A stretch of DNA of 64,000 bases from Azolla caroliniana (lineage: Eukaryota > Plantae > Polypodiophyta), in assembly GCA_043228905.1 (NCBI GenBank), contig JBHGNT010000012.1, positions 19,282,001 through 19,346,000 on the forward strand, given 5' to 3'. Shown here piece after piece: positions 23,972-35,500 of the stretch (the stretch's first letter is position 1; every line of letters starts with the position of its first letter). Both the position numbers and the translations under genes were made by a program. The notes under the pieces were generated by a model. It was not told where the DNA came from. It worked only from the letters and a program-made list of their open reading frames with translations, and did no database searches.

Positions 23972-24619
23972 TGTTGTGGAGAAAAACGTCCCTAGGAGGA
24001 AACGAGAGAAACCATGCACGAACCAACCCTTCCATGTGTGGGTGTGTGAATTGATAACTTGTACATAATTATGTGTATGGAGGCTGATGTAAATATACTA
24101 GGTGCGACTCATTTATTAGGGAATCGATGCGTCTCTATGTCCGAAGAGACAGAGAATAAAGTAATGTGATTGTGACTGAAGGAGAATGGACTCTCCCCAA
24201 CGACCTATATAAGGAAGAAGAGAAGGAAGAACAGAGGCATCGTGCGTTAGCGAGGACGAAGTGCTACCAGACCGTGTACCGGGCTCTCTCTCTCCTCCTT
24301 CGGTTGTCATTCTCTACGGGTTTTGGAGATCGTCGCCTCTACTTCGTGGACAGCCCATGCGCTTCCATCAGAGGCTCTCCCTTCGTGTTTCAGTGCTTGG
24401 CATGTGACGCCTGTGTGTGTGTGTGTGGACTCCCGTGTTGGGTCCGTTGCCGGTGTGCCGGTTGTAATCGTTATTGGTGTTATAATCGAATTGTTCTGTT
24501 TTCTCTCTCTCTCTTTCACTGTGTTCAGCAAACGCTCTCTCTCTCCTCTCTCACGCTCCTTGGTTCAGGGCCCCCGCGGTCCCGTCTCATTTCACCCGCG
24601 AAAGCGTAGTAACACGACA
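23972..24619 (+). repeat. 5' LTR of gypsy C
   Basis: tgttgtgg...cacgaca, direct repeat of 30131-30780. Confidence 0.93.
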
Positions 24620-24623
24620 TATT

Positions 24624-24640
24624 TGGTGAACCCGACGTGA
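24624..24640 (+). promoter_or_regulatory. Primer-binding site complementary to tRNA-Trp 3' end
   Basis: TGGTGAACCCGACGTGA is the reverse complement of TCACGTCGGGTTCACCA, the recalled plant tRNA-Trp 3' end. It lies 4 nt after the LTR. Confidence 0.82.
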
Positions 24641-24663
24641 AGGAGGCAACAAAGGAGTTGAAG

Positions 24664-26735
24664 ATGAGGGGATCTGAGCTTGCTGAAGCTATGGCAGTAG
24701 CCGTTGACCGGCTAGTGAGCGCTCGTGAGGGAACATGTACCCTCGACAGAGTCATAGAATCGATCGTCGGCACCATAGGCCGATTTGGTGGTAAGAATGC
24801 CACGAGCTATTTTGAGGCCTATCGGGCCGAGGTGATCATGAGAGACATCCCTGAAGACAAGCGGTTGTCTGGATTCCCTCGAGTGGTGACGCCGAGCATC
24901 CATGCAGAGGTGCTCGAGGTGTTGGCCGGATGCCAGACGTGGGAGGTTTTCAAGGAGCGGCTCCTCGAAAAGTATGGGTTCGACAACTCGCTTCAATTGT
25001 CGAAGCGGGACTTCATGGCATGGGTCGAAAGCCCTGGGAAGGGGAGGAGCACATTGGCGCTCCAGGAATTCGAAACACGGTTTGCGCGGTTGTTGGCGTT
25101 AGACCGAACCGTGCTCGATACGAGCCGGGTATTGTTGTTCGTCAAAGCGGTTGACGCATTGGATAGAGAGAAGGTAGGTCTCTTGTTGGAGACCGATGAA
25201 GGGCTCACAATTGACTGGGTCGTGGTTAAAGGAGTCTGCAGCCATTTCGACAAACGACGGGAATGGAGTGATGAAGGGTCTTCGGCAGCAAGGCCCATCC
25301 CAGCAAGGCAGTTCGAGGAGCCTTCGTTGGCACGAAAAGAAGAAACCCGAAACTGGCTTGAGACGGGGTCGACTTCAAGCGGCGTGGTCAAAGGCCCCTC
25401 CGGAGGGGCGACGCTGGAAGAATTGACACAAATGGTGCGCGACCTCCAGATCGCGTAGGCACGACGGGACAACGGTGACCAGTCTCGCGACCAAAGGCCA
25501 CCAGTAGGGCAGCGATGCATATGGTGCGACGCATTCGGCCATGCCCGTAGAGACTGCACGGATTTCGCAGATGTGCTTAGAACTAACACGGTGTACCTCT
25601 GGGGTGACCGGGTGCACTCCAGCGAGACTCGGAGAGCCCTGGAAGTGAATATCGGGCATGGTGGAATGAAGAGTCTGATGGAAGAGGCCGTGAATTATGC
25701 AGTGTCGGCGTCGGCAGGAATCTGGGTCGGGGGCAACGAAGGACAGAAGGCAAGCCACTCCGGGTTCTGGCCACTGGTGCTGGAAGGCCTCTCCGGAGTC
25801 CGGTTGAAGAAGGAAGAAGCGGACCGCGTGGAGCAGCGGATCTGAGAAGTCACCGGGTGGGACGACCCGATCGAAGAAAAGTCTGGCTTCGTTGAAGCTA
25901 CATGCCAGAATTACGAGGTTCTGGTGGAAGACAAGCGCGTGGGCAAGGCTGGAGGGGTTGGTCCCTCGCAACAGTACGACACCCAGTTCGGCCCAAAAAA
26001 GAGTGACGCCGGCAATTCCTCAACACCGAGATAGAAAGAACGATGGACCTGCGGAAGGTCCTCGAAGAGCGGATCCTCGACAGCAAGGTGGAGCTGTCAC
26101 TGAGGGAGGTGCTTGGAATCGCCAAGAAGAAGTTCCACGACTCCATTGTGGACTTGGTGAAGCGCAAACGGCTCTCCGCGGAACCGGAACCGGAGAAGCC
26201 CGTAGAGGTGCGGACAACGCACTTAGAGGATGCGGCCTTGGAGGACGAGTTGGCGGAAAGCCATTATTCTAAATTACACTCGGCCGAAGCCACTACCGAG
26301 ACCCCTGTCCAGGTCGAGGATGTGCAAGAGCCGGTAGTGGCGCTAATAGACCATGGATCCGAGATCAATCTGATGTCCATGAACTTTTGCAAGAAGGGGA
26401 AATGGTCGATCAACACCCAACACGGCTGGAAGATACGCGCGGTGACCCGCGCTACGGAGGAGCTGCACGGGGCATGCCCGAACGTACGCGTGAAGATCGG
26501 CGACGTCGAGATAGACCAACATTTTTATGTGCAAGAGACATCCTCACACCCAGTGCTACTCGGCAAACCGTACATCATGGCAGCACGCATGGAGACAAAG
26601 GTGCTCGACAACGGCTCGGCATACGCGCGCATGAAGAGTCAAGCCGGACGACACTCCGTCCAATTTTTGACCGTGAGACCGAATCATGAGCGTAACTGCG
26701 AGACTCTCGGCGACGACAGCCGAGGGGATTTTTAA
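24664..26735 (+). pseudogene. gag-protease of gypsy C (disrupted)
   Basis: Gag IGRFGGKNATSYF, zinc knuckle CIWCDAFGHARRDC after an in-frame TAG, protease VALIDHGSEINLM. Confidence 0.85.
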
Positions 26736-26870
26736 AGAGGGCTATCAAGGTGTGGGGCCGCGATAGTCCGAACGCGCCGAAGGAACCCCACACCTGTACC
26801 ATAGGTAGGAAATTTTGGCTCTCCGACAACGGAGGTTGTACATTAACTGGCATCAATAGCAGGAGATCGG

Positions 26871-29800
26871 ATGATTCCGGTCAGCTCAGTGGAAATGTAC
26901 AAAGTCATCGCAGACTTTGGGGAACGGATCAGGTCGGATTGGACGGCCTACGTAAGTACGAAGTACAAGACTGTGGACCGAAAGGTGAGGCCTGTCACAA
27001 CACCCTTGTTAGAGGGCAATGAGAAGCATATAAAGGGGGTCGCGTCGGACCCAAGTTTACAGAATCCGGCCGGCATAGGACACCGGTTCACCGACATAAT
27101 GCTACGGGAGCTCAAGGTTGGTGGGGGTGGGTTTCTACTGCCGGCGGAGGAGGACCGGTTTCGGAGAATGCTCGGAAGGCACGGGAAAGCCTTCACATTC
27201 TCGCCGGAGGAGATCGGGTGCGTAGACCCGACAATCGTAGAACCGATGGTGATCTTCACGGTACCGCACGTACCGTGGAATCTCAAACTGATTCCGGTGC
27301 CTAGAGCTCACATTCCGGAGCTGATGGAGCTGCTGAAACAGAAGGTGGAGATGGGCATCCTCGAACCGTCGAGTGCCCCATATTCGAACCGGTGCTTTAC
27401 TGTGCCAAAGAAGAACGACACACTGCGCTTCATACAGGACCTGCAGCCGGTCAACAAGGTGACCATTCGAAACGTAGGTATTAGACCGACCATTGATGAG
27501 TTCGCGGAGGCCTAGGGAGGTCAATCTACTCGGTCGGGGATCTGTACTCAGGGTACGATCAGTTCCAACTAGCCATAGAGAGCAGGGATGTCATGATGAT
27601 GCGGACTCCTCTCGGCCTAGTTCGGATGTGTACCCTACCGCAAGGGGGAATGAACTCGGTGGCGCACATGGTGAATGCGATGAACAAGGTGTTGAGGGAC
27701 TGCATCCCGGACATCACCATGCCGTTTTTGGACGACATCCCGATCAAAGGATGTCCTGTGGAGGACAAGGACGAGTCGGTCGGGCCCGACGGTTGCCGGA
27801 GGTTCGTGATGGATCACATCCGTGACTGCGAGAAGGTGCTACAAAGACTCGAGAGCGCGCGGCTCACCTTCTCCGGAGAAAAATCAGCCTTCGGACAGCC
27901 AGAGATCCTGGTAGTCAGACATATGTGCGGGCCTTACGGCCGGAAGCCGTCCCCTATGAAGGTAGAAGCCATCTCCGCGATGAAGGATGATTGCGGGTTG
28001 GTCACGGAGGTCCGAAGGATCCTGGGGGCATGTGCGTTCTATTACATCTCGATTCCGCACTATGCGCATGTCGCAGAACCACTTTACGGGTTATTAAAGA
28101 AAGGGCGCCGGTTTGAATGGAGGACGGAGCACACGGAGTCGGTCCGGAGACTGAAGGAAGCGCTCGCCGTGGCACCGGCTCTCCGGAAAACGGTTTACGG
28201 CAAGGAAGTCCCCATTTGCGTGACGGTGGACACGAGCCTGACTGGGATCGGGTGGGTGATCAAACAGGAAGACGAGGATGGTGTACGGTTCCCGATCCGG
28301 TTTGGGGCAAAGGTATTGAGCGAGCAGCAGCGAGGATATGCCCAAATTAAGTGCGACATATGGGGTATCGTTTCGGCAGTCAAGGCCGACAAGGACTATC
28401 TGATCAGGACGAAAGTGATCATCGAGACAGACTGCCTACCAATTCTGGGTATGGTTTCTGGATGCGCGACTCCGGACCTGGCGATGCTCAGGTGGATCGC
28501 GTACATCAAGTCCCTGAACTCGGAGACACGACACATCTCCGGAAAGGATAATGCCATGGCCGATATGCTTTCAAGGGCGTGGTTCAGCGATGAGGACGGC
28601 ATGGTTTCGGACAACGAAGAAGTCGATGAGGACTTCTCCGGGTCAGCTAACGTGGCAACTAGGACGGGGAGCACTCCGGTGCTTAACGAGTTCGACAAGA
28701 GCGAATACGATGGGGAGTGGCTCCAAATAGGAAGGTTCCTGCGAACGTTGACGCCGGACACGACGTGGACTAGAGAAGAGGCCAATCGGGTGTGGAAGAA
28801 GGCGTACCAATTCTTCCTACGAGGAGGACACATATGGAGGCATCCGAAGAAGCGTAGCGGCACCCCACTCCACGTAGTGGCAAGGGAAGACGAGAAGAAA
28901 GCGTTGCTTACGGCATATCACGAGAGTCCCTGGGCCAGACACCGTGGGACGTGGGCCACATTCGAGAAGCTCAAGGGTAAGTATTGGTGGTCGGGGCTGT
29001 ACTGGGACGTGCATCATTTTGTGACAACCTGTAAGAATTGCTAGATGCACTGTACAATCCGACATCGAGACGAGCTTCATCCAACCTACCCACCAACCAT
29101 CCACTTCAAATGGATGGTGGATTTAGTGACTATGCCGATGGGGGTAGGACATATGCGATATCTGGTACTGGCTCGGGAGGACCTGACGAACCAGGTGGAA
29201 GGCCGAGCGTTGCAGAACAAAATGACCACGGCCGTGTGCCGATTTCTTATTGAAGAAGTGGTGTGCTGGTATGGGTGCGTGGGAAAGATCGTGGCCGACT
29301 GCGGAGAACTAGACACGCAAGAGGCTAAAGAGCTGTTTGATCGACTGGGGGTCAAACTCTCCCTCACTACGGCGTACAATCCGGAGGCCAACGGGAAGGC
29401 AGAGCATGGTCACGGGCCCATTGTGAAGGCATTAGTACGTGCATGGGAAGGATAGGTCGGGAATTGACCGCAGCTCCTTCCTTACGCACTATGGGTGGAT
29501 CGAACTATGCACAATTCGGTGATGAGGTTCATGCCAACGAAGCTGATGTACAGGCAGAGGCCAATCATGCAGGTGGAGAAAACGATCACTTCGTGGGCCG
29601 CGATGGACTGGAAGGACAAGATGAGCCGGGAAGAGTTGCTGGCAGTAAGGATCCGACAACTTGAGCGAAGACCAGAAGATGTGGAGCGGGCGAAGGAAAC
29701 ACTGCGTACAGCACGAGAAAAGAACAAAGGTCGGTTCCACCGTACTCACCGACTGAGGCCGAGGAAGATCAAGGAAGGTGACTGGGTGGTGGTGTATGAC

Positions 29801-30055
29801 AGCAGCCTCGACAATCAGCACAAGGCGGTGCGTAAGTTTGTGAGGAGGTGGTTCGGGCCCTATGCGGTAACGAGTGCGAACGACAATGGCACGTACCATC
29901 TCGCGGAGCTCGACAGGACACGGATGGCGATGCCGGTAGCAGGAAAAAGGGTCAAGGTATTCAAGAAGCAGCAAGACGAAGAGCCAGACCCGGAATGTGC
30001 GACTGACGATGACGATCGGCTCGAAACGAATGATGATTCGGGTAGCGACGGGTGA
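26871..30055 (+). pseudogene. pol (RT-RNase H-integrase) of gypsy C (disrupted)
   Basis: LRFIQDLQPVNK, LPQGGMNSV, FLDD, VDTS, ETDC, HH..CC zinc region, MVDLV, AYNPEANGKAE and WFGPY. Confidence 0.9.
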
Positions 30056-30130
30056 TAGCGGGCCGGTTTTCTCCGACAAGTGTTGTATCTAGCGTGTACC
30101 GGTGGATGCGCGCGGTTTAGTGGGGGTGGA

Positions 30131-30780
30131 TGTCGTGGAGAAAACCGTCCCTAGGAGGAAATGAGAGAAACCGTGCACGAACCGGCCCTTCCATGTGTGG
30201 GTGTGTGAATTGATAACTTGTACATAATTATGTGTAGGGCGGATGATGTAAATATACTAGGTGCGACTCATTTATTAGGGAATCGATGCGTATCTCTGTC
30301 CGAAGAGACAGAGAATAAAGTAATGTGACTATGACTGAAGGAGAACGGACTCTCCCCAACAACCTATATAAGGAAGAAGAGAAGGAAGAACAGAGGCATC
30401 GTGCGTTAGCGAGGACGAAGTGTTGCCGGATCGTGTACCGGGCTCTCTCTCTCCTCCTTCGGTTGTCATTCTCTACGGGTTTTGGAGATCGTCTCCTCTG
30501 CTTCGTGGATAGCCTGTGCACTTCCATCAAAGGCTCTCCCTTCGCATTTCTGTGTTTGGCGTGTGACGCCTGTGTGTGGGTGTGTGGACTCTCGTGTTGG
30601 GTCTGTTGTCGGTGTGCCGATTGTAATCGTTATTGGTGTTATAATCGAATTGTTCTGTTTTCTCTCTCTCTCTCTTTCACTATGTTCAGCAAACGCTCTC
30701 TCTCTCCTCTCTCGCGCTCCTTGGTTCAGGGCCCCCGCGGTCCCGTCTCATTTCACCCGCGAAAGCGTAGTAACACGACA
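30131..30780 (+). repeat. 3' LTR of gypsy C
   Basis: tgtcgtgg...cacgaca, preceded by the PPT and followed by TSD ccgg. Confidence 0.93.
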
Positions 30781-31306
30781 CCGGCGTAGAACGTGAGTAT
30801 CAGTGGAAGTCGTTACTTTGTAACCTTCATCGATGACTACACTTGATACACTTGGGCATGCTTGATCAGGAAGAAAAGCGAAGTATTCCCCTACATCTTG
30901 AAGGTGAAAAACCTTGCCGAATGGGAGACAGGCTGAAAGATCAAGTGCCTAAGTTCTGATGGCGGGAAATAGTACTTTTCCAACCAATTCTCTACCTATC
31001 TACAAAAGGAAGGAATTCGACGTGAATTCTCCTGCAGATACACGCCCCAACATAATGACGTGGCCAAGAGGAAGAATCAGACGATCGAAGAATCTTCTAT
31101 GGTGTTGTCACTGGGCTGGACAAGCCACTAACACAGGGTGTCCCTATGGAACACTTCACCAAAGGGGTGGTACGGTAAGGAATGTGCAGACCATAATACA
31201 GAACTGATCCTTCCCGGTTACTATCCGGAATGATTAACTTGATACACGCGTGTGATAATCACATTAAGTATAGAACGATATTAACAAGATAAACAATATG
31301 TAAAGA

Positions 31307-34300
31307 TGTTACCCGTTCCTTTGGGTGAACACCTTCGATAGATCTGTGGCTATCGGTATTCAAGGGCGTGGTACGTGAAGGCTCGTAACAGAGGCGTCGT
31401 GAGGGAGAAAATGATCAGAGATAAACACTAGCGAGATCTTGATAGGCGTGGGCGGTGCTGAAATCATAGGTATGAACCAAAGCACAGACACATGGAGCAA
31501 AATGGGCACAAATAAGATATATTACTGCGACAGAAAAAGGATTATAGAACACGGCCTACAGCCGGTGACCTTACAGGATTATCTAGTTACGACGGACTAA
31601 GCTAGTGCTTCCGCCTATATTTTTTCTTCTCCCCCGCTCTGAGGTACTGGTCCTCGTTTAAATAACGTTTCCCCTAATACACAGCTGAGCCGTCGGTGGC
31701 CCATGATACTTGGACTCGGCGTTTGCTAATTTCCTCATTTTACATTTCTGTCCTCTAGACAACACCTGGCACGCCCGTGGGACAGGACCTTGTCCGTCGG
31801 ACCCACGACTTACAAAATACTAACAATATTACAAAAATTTCCTTTTAGGTGTGATCCTCATTTCATTCCTCTTTTAAGATGTCGAGGATGTTTTCGGGGT
31901 CCGGGGTGGTGGCAGGGTGGTCTAGTTGGACTGTCGGTGCGGGGGGTTGAGTTTGGTCCGGGGGTGTCATATCTTCTCGGGCGTCCGCCTCAGGTGCGAC
32001 CGATTCTTCTGGTGGGGGTGTGGGTTTGAGGGCGCTGACCTCTACTTCGACTGGATCTGGTACCGTGTGGGCGTCCTCGGGAGGTCTGTTGGCCGGGGCA
32101 AGTTCCTCTTGTGCCGTGTCCGTGATCCCCTCGTTGGAAGGTTCTTCCTTCGGCTCTGTGGCCGTTGGAGGGCTGGTTGGGATGGCTGTGAGTCGTTCTC
32201 GTTCGAAGGCTTCTGCTTCCAGGCGAAACAACATCTGACCGTCATTGAAGTCCTCCAGTATTTGCTCGATTGCCATGGTGTGAGATTTTGCCAAGGATTG
32301 GTAATCCTCGGTTAAATCTGCACGCAGGTTTTGTATGCTGGCTTCGTCCATTTTGTAAAAGCCGCGGCCCTCCTTCCGTCGGTTCTCGGCGTCGGTGCGT
32401 AAAAAATGCAATTCGGCAGCTTGGGCTGCCCATTCGTCTCCTGCGCGACTTAATGTTTCCTCGACCTTTTTGGTGAGGTCCTAGCGCTGTTTCTCGATCA
32501 GTATTTTGATGCATGTCTCATCCATGCGGGGTTGTGCTCGAACGGCTATTAATTCCTGTTTTAAGCCGTTGACCTCAGCCTGAAGCTTCTTTGCTAGTAG
32601 TTCATAGGTGGCTTGAGTGTTCTTTGCATCCACGGTTACGAGCTGGATAGACTGCTCGTAATGCTTGGTGAGTTCTTCGGTAGCTTTCTCCCATTCTTTT
32701 TTACACGCGGCCCGGACTTGTTCTTGTTCGACGATTCTCTCTTCTTGTAGGGCAAAGTAGGAATAAGATAATTCGTCTTTTTGCTCCGAAAGTAGCTTGC
32801 ATTTGATGAAAAACTCGTCAGCCATTTCTTTAAGGGTCGTACGCTGACTCTGCAGCTCGGCATTCTCCGCGATCATTCTCTCCTCCCGTTGGCGATTTCT
32901 TTCCTCCTGCCGGTGGTTCCAGTCTTTCGCATTGTCGAGCGCGGCCTGTAGGTCATTCTCTGCCACTGTGACCACGTATTCCTCCAGCTTGCTTTTGAGT
33001 TCAGCTTCTTTGCCCGCGGCTTGCGCTTGTACCCGGCCCAGTGCTTCGTTCTGCTCGTGTATCCTTTGGTCGGCCTAGGCTCTAATCTCGGCCATCTACT
33101 TGGAAGCTTCTTCTTTTAGGCGAGCCATCGCCTCCTGATGCCGTTGTTCGTGTCTCTCGGTTCGCCGTTCTTCTTCTTTAAGCTCCGCTCGGTAATCCCG
33201 GAGCGGGGGTTCTGTCTGGGTTGCCACCTCGGTCTTCTCCATGGGTGTGGCCGCCTCGGTTGTTGTGCAGGCATCGACCATTTGTAACGAGTCCGTTTGT
33301 GTGCTGGCCTGGATCGTCAGGATTGAATCCGTGACGGTGCTTTCATCCATCATTGTTATGCGTGGAGGGGTTGGGAGGGCCTCGGTGGTCGTGGCCGGAA
33401 GGCTCAAGAGTTGTTGTTCCGGTCGGTTTTGCTCCCAGGCTGCTAGTTTCTGTTTCGCAGCGTGCCATAATTCCGTAGCCACCTTAGCCTGTTTTTGAGC
33501 TATTTTTATCTTTCGGGCCATGTCTTTGGTTGCCCGTGTAGTGCGATCCAGGTCCCTATATGCCTCGATAAGGGCCGTCTTCAACTCGGGGACCTCCATG
33601 AGGAGAGCGACTTGTTTTGCCTGCTTCTTTCTCCCTATTTTTTGTAAAGCCCTGTCATCCTGGGGCTCAATTTCACCTAATAGCGCGCGTTGAATCATTT
33701 TTGTTTCGGCATGCTCTTCTGCCATTCGAGCGGCTACCGCGACTTGGGCTCTGGCGAGGAAGTCAACCAGCTCGAATGTCGTACGGAGGCATAGGAGCGC
33801 ACTAAATTCGTAAGCCTCCGCGGGGAGGTCTTTATACCCGAGGACTTCATCCTCCGAGATCTACGTTGTCTGCCCATGCTCGATCTTTCCTTGGTTCAGC
33901 GATGCCTCCTCAGGGATGATGGCCACCAGGTTGCTCTGGCTGACAACTAAGGCTTGCTCCTGTTGTGGCTCTTTCTGTTCTGCCGAGGACTCGCGGTTGA
34001 GTCGTCTTCTCTTGCTCAGCTGGGTTTGGGGTTCCGGGGCCGGTAGTGTCGTTTCCTCCGCCTGCTTACTTTTCTAGGGTCGTGGTGGTGTTGCCTGCTG
34101 TGTGTTGGGGTGTGGGCTAGGCCCTGGGGAAATTATCGAGGGGCGCGACGTTGGCTGTCGAATGGTGACATCATCTGTCGTGTTGTCCTCCGTGGCTATC
34201 TCCTCCTCCCATTCTTGGCAGGTCTCAGAAACTGCCCTTTTTTGTTGGGGTTGGGTGGGTGGTGGTGCAGATGCGGGGTTTTGGTTGGCGGCAGGAGGTG

Positions 34301-35044
34301 AAGGCGATGTGGGCTCCTCCCATGCTTCGTGGCTGATGGCAACGAATTTCTCTCTCTGCCTTCGTGGTGGTGGTGGGGACATGAGTGTGCGAGGGGAAGG
34401 AAGAGAACAGGGTGGGTATAGAACCATCAAAAAGTGGGTAAGAACAGACAACATCTTCTTACCGGACTGGAATGAGGCTAAGGCGGCGTGGAGTCCTTCG
34501 CCTGTGATGATTCCCCAATCGACTCTGTTTCCTTCATACGCGCTGATGATGATGGTTGCCTTGATCTACGACATGCTCGTCGGGTTCGTATGCACGAACG
34601 CATACTCCATCAATATACAAGCAATCTCCCCGAAAGCTTTGTTGGGACCGCCATACGTGCGATATGCCTTCCCTGAGGCTGAGTACTCACCGAAGTACTC
34701 TTTCAGCTTCGATGCCGGGGGTATGTCGACCTCATGGTCCCCTCCCCGTTGCAGGTCCAAAACAGCCCGAAGCACGTTGTTGGTGATGGCTTCGGGACAA
34801 ATACGTTTAGCCACTCCTTGGGCATCTGGGTGCGCGGGCGCATCGATGATCTTCAGGTAACCGCCCATTCCCTGTTCCTGGAGCCAGGCGTGGGTTTCTG
34901 TTGAAGCGGTAAGAGGCATGGTGGAGATGGAGGCGGGGTTTGACTGTGTGGAAGAGTGAAGAAGATTGATGAGGCGAGGGCGAGACAGAGGAGGAACAGC
35001 AGGAAGGGGAAGTTCAGCAGAGGGGCTATGAGAGCGAAAGAGGG
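31307..35044 (-). mobile_element. Gypsy-type element E1 remnant (one LTR plus accessory ORF)
   Basis: LTR-like 31307-31764 (tgttacc...gacaaca) interrupts the LTR of D. Accessory ORF is homologous to those in D and E2. Confidence 0.72.
31863..34919 (-). pseudogene. Accessory ORF of E1 (~1018 codons; conserved N-terminal domain plus long coiled coil), interrupted by in-frame TAGs
   Basis: ORFs 34566-34919, 34074-34454, 33096-33725, 32481-32975 and 31863-32411 are all in one frame. YFGEYSASGKAYRTYGG aligns with E2 YFGEYSPSAKAYQTYGG. Confidence 0.8.
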
Positions 35045-35500
35045 TGTTAATCGGCTAATTACTAACTACTACCGATACAGAAGAGTGAACGTCGCTACTC
35101 AACATTCTAACAAGGAATTGTGTTTTACGAACAGAAATATACTATATTAATCGGTAATTACCGTGATCGTTACTTAGTTATAAATTAGGAAGATTGCACT
35201 TAACAAAATAGACAATAGAAAGAACACAGAATCCATACATGATATTCCTAACTTAAACTTATATTACTAAATAAACGACCTTTCTTACAATGCCTTCGGT
35301 TCCCTTTTATAGGTATATCGAAGGTCTTTTCTCATCAAGAACTATTCCTACTTACTATCAAGAATTACAAAATTATCTAACTAACTTAGTTCTCTTCGTT
35401 CACTGCTGAGTCATCGATCCGAACAGTCGATCCGAACCGACTCCGTTTTCGACGCTTTCCCACTTGTTCGGTAAAACTGACTGTCCGGGTCCGGGTAACA
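35045..35500 (-). repeat. LTR of E2 (downstream of the ORFs)
   Basis: Direct repeat of 44063-44518 with about 5 differences by eye. TATA-like cctataaaag on the minus strand at about 35304-35313. Confidence 0.92.

Larger units (their letters stand above)
23972..30780 (+). mobile_element. Ty3/gypsy element C, full length, degenerate ORFs
   Basis: LTRs 23972-24619 and 30131-30780, 4-bp TSD ccgg, PBS tggtgaacccgacgtga 24624-24640, PPT tagtgggggtgga 30118-30130. Domain order is gag-PR-RT-RH-IN. Confidence 0.95.

Noticed and set aside
24166-24609. Duplicated 147/154-aa ORFs (also 30325-30789) as a gene pair
   Set aside because: Both lie entirely within the two LTRs of gypsy C, start at non-ATG codons in the track and translate CT/GT-rich sequence.
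34102-34860. 252-aa + strand ORF as a sense gene matching the inverted PBS
   Set aside because: It is the antisense shadow of the conserved minus-strand accessory ORF and has no counterpart in E2.
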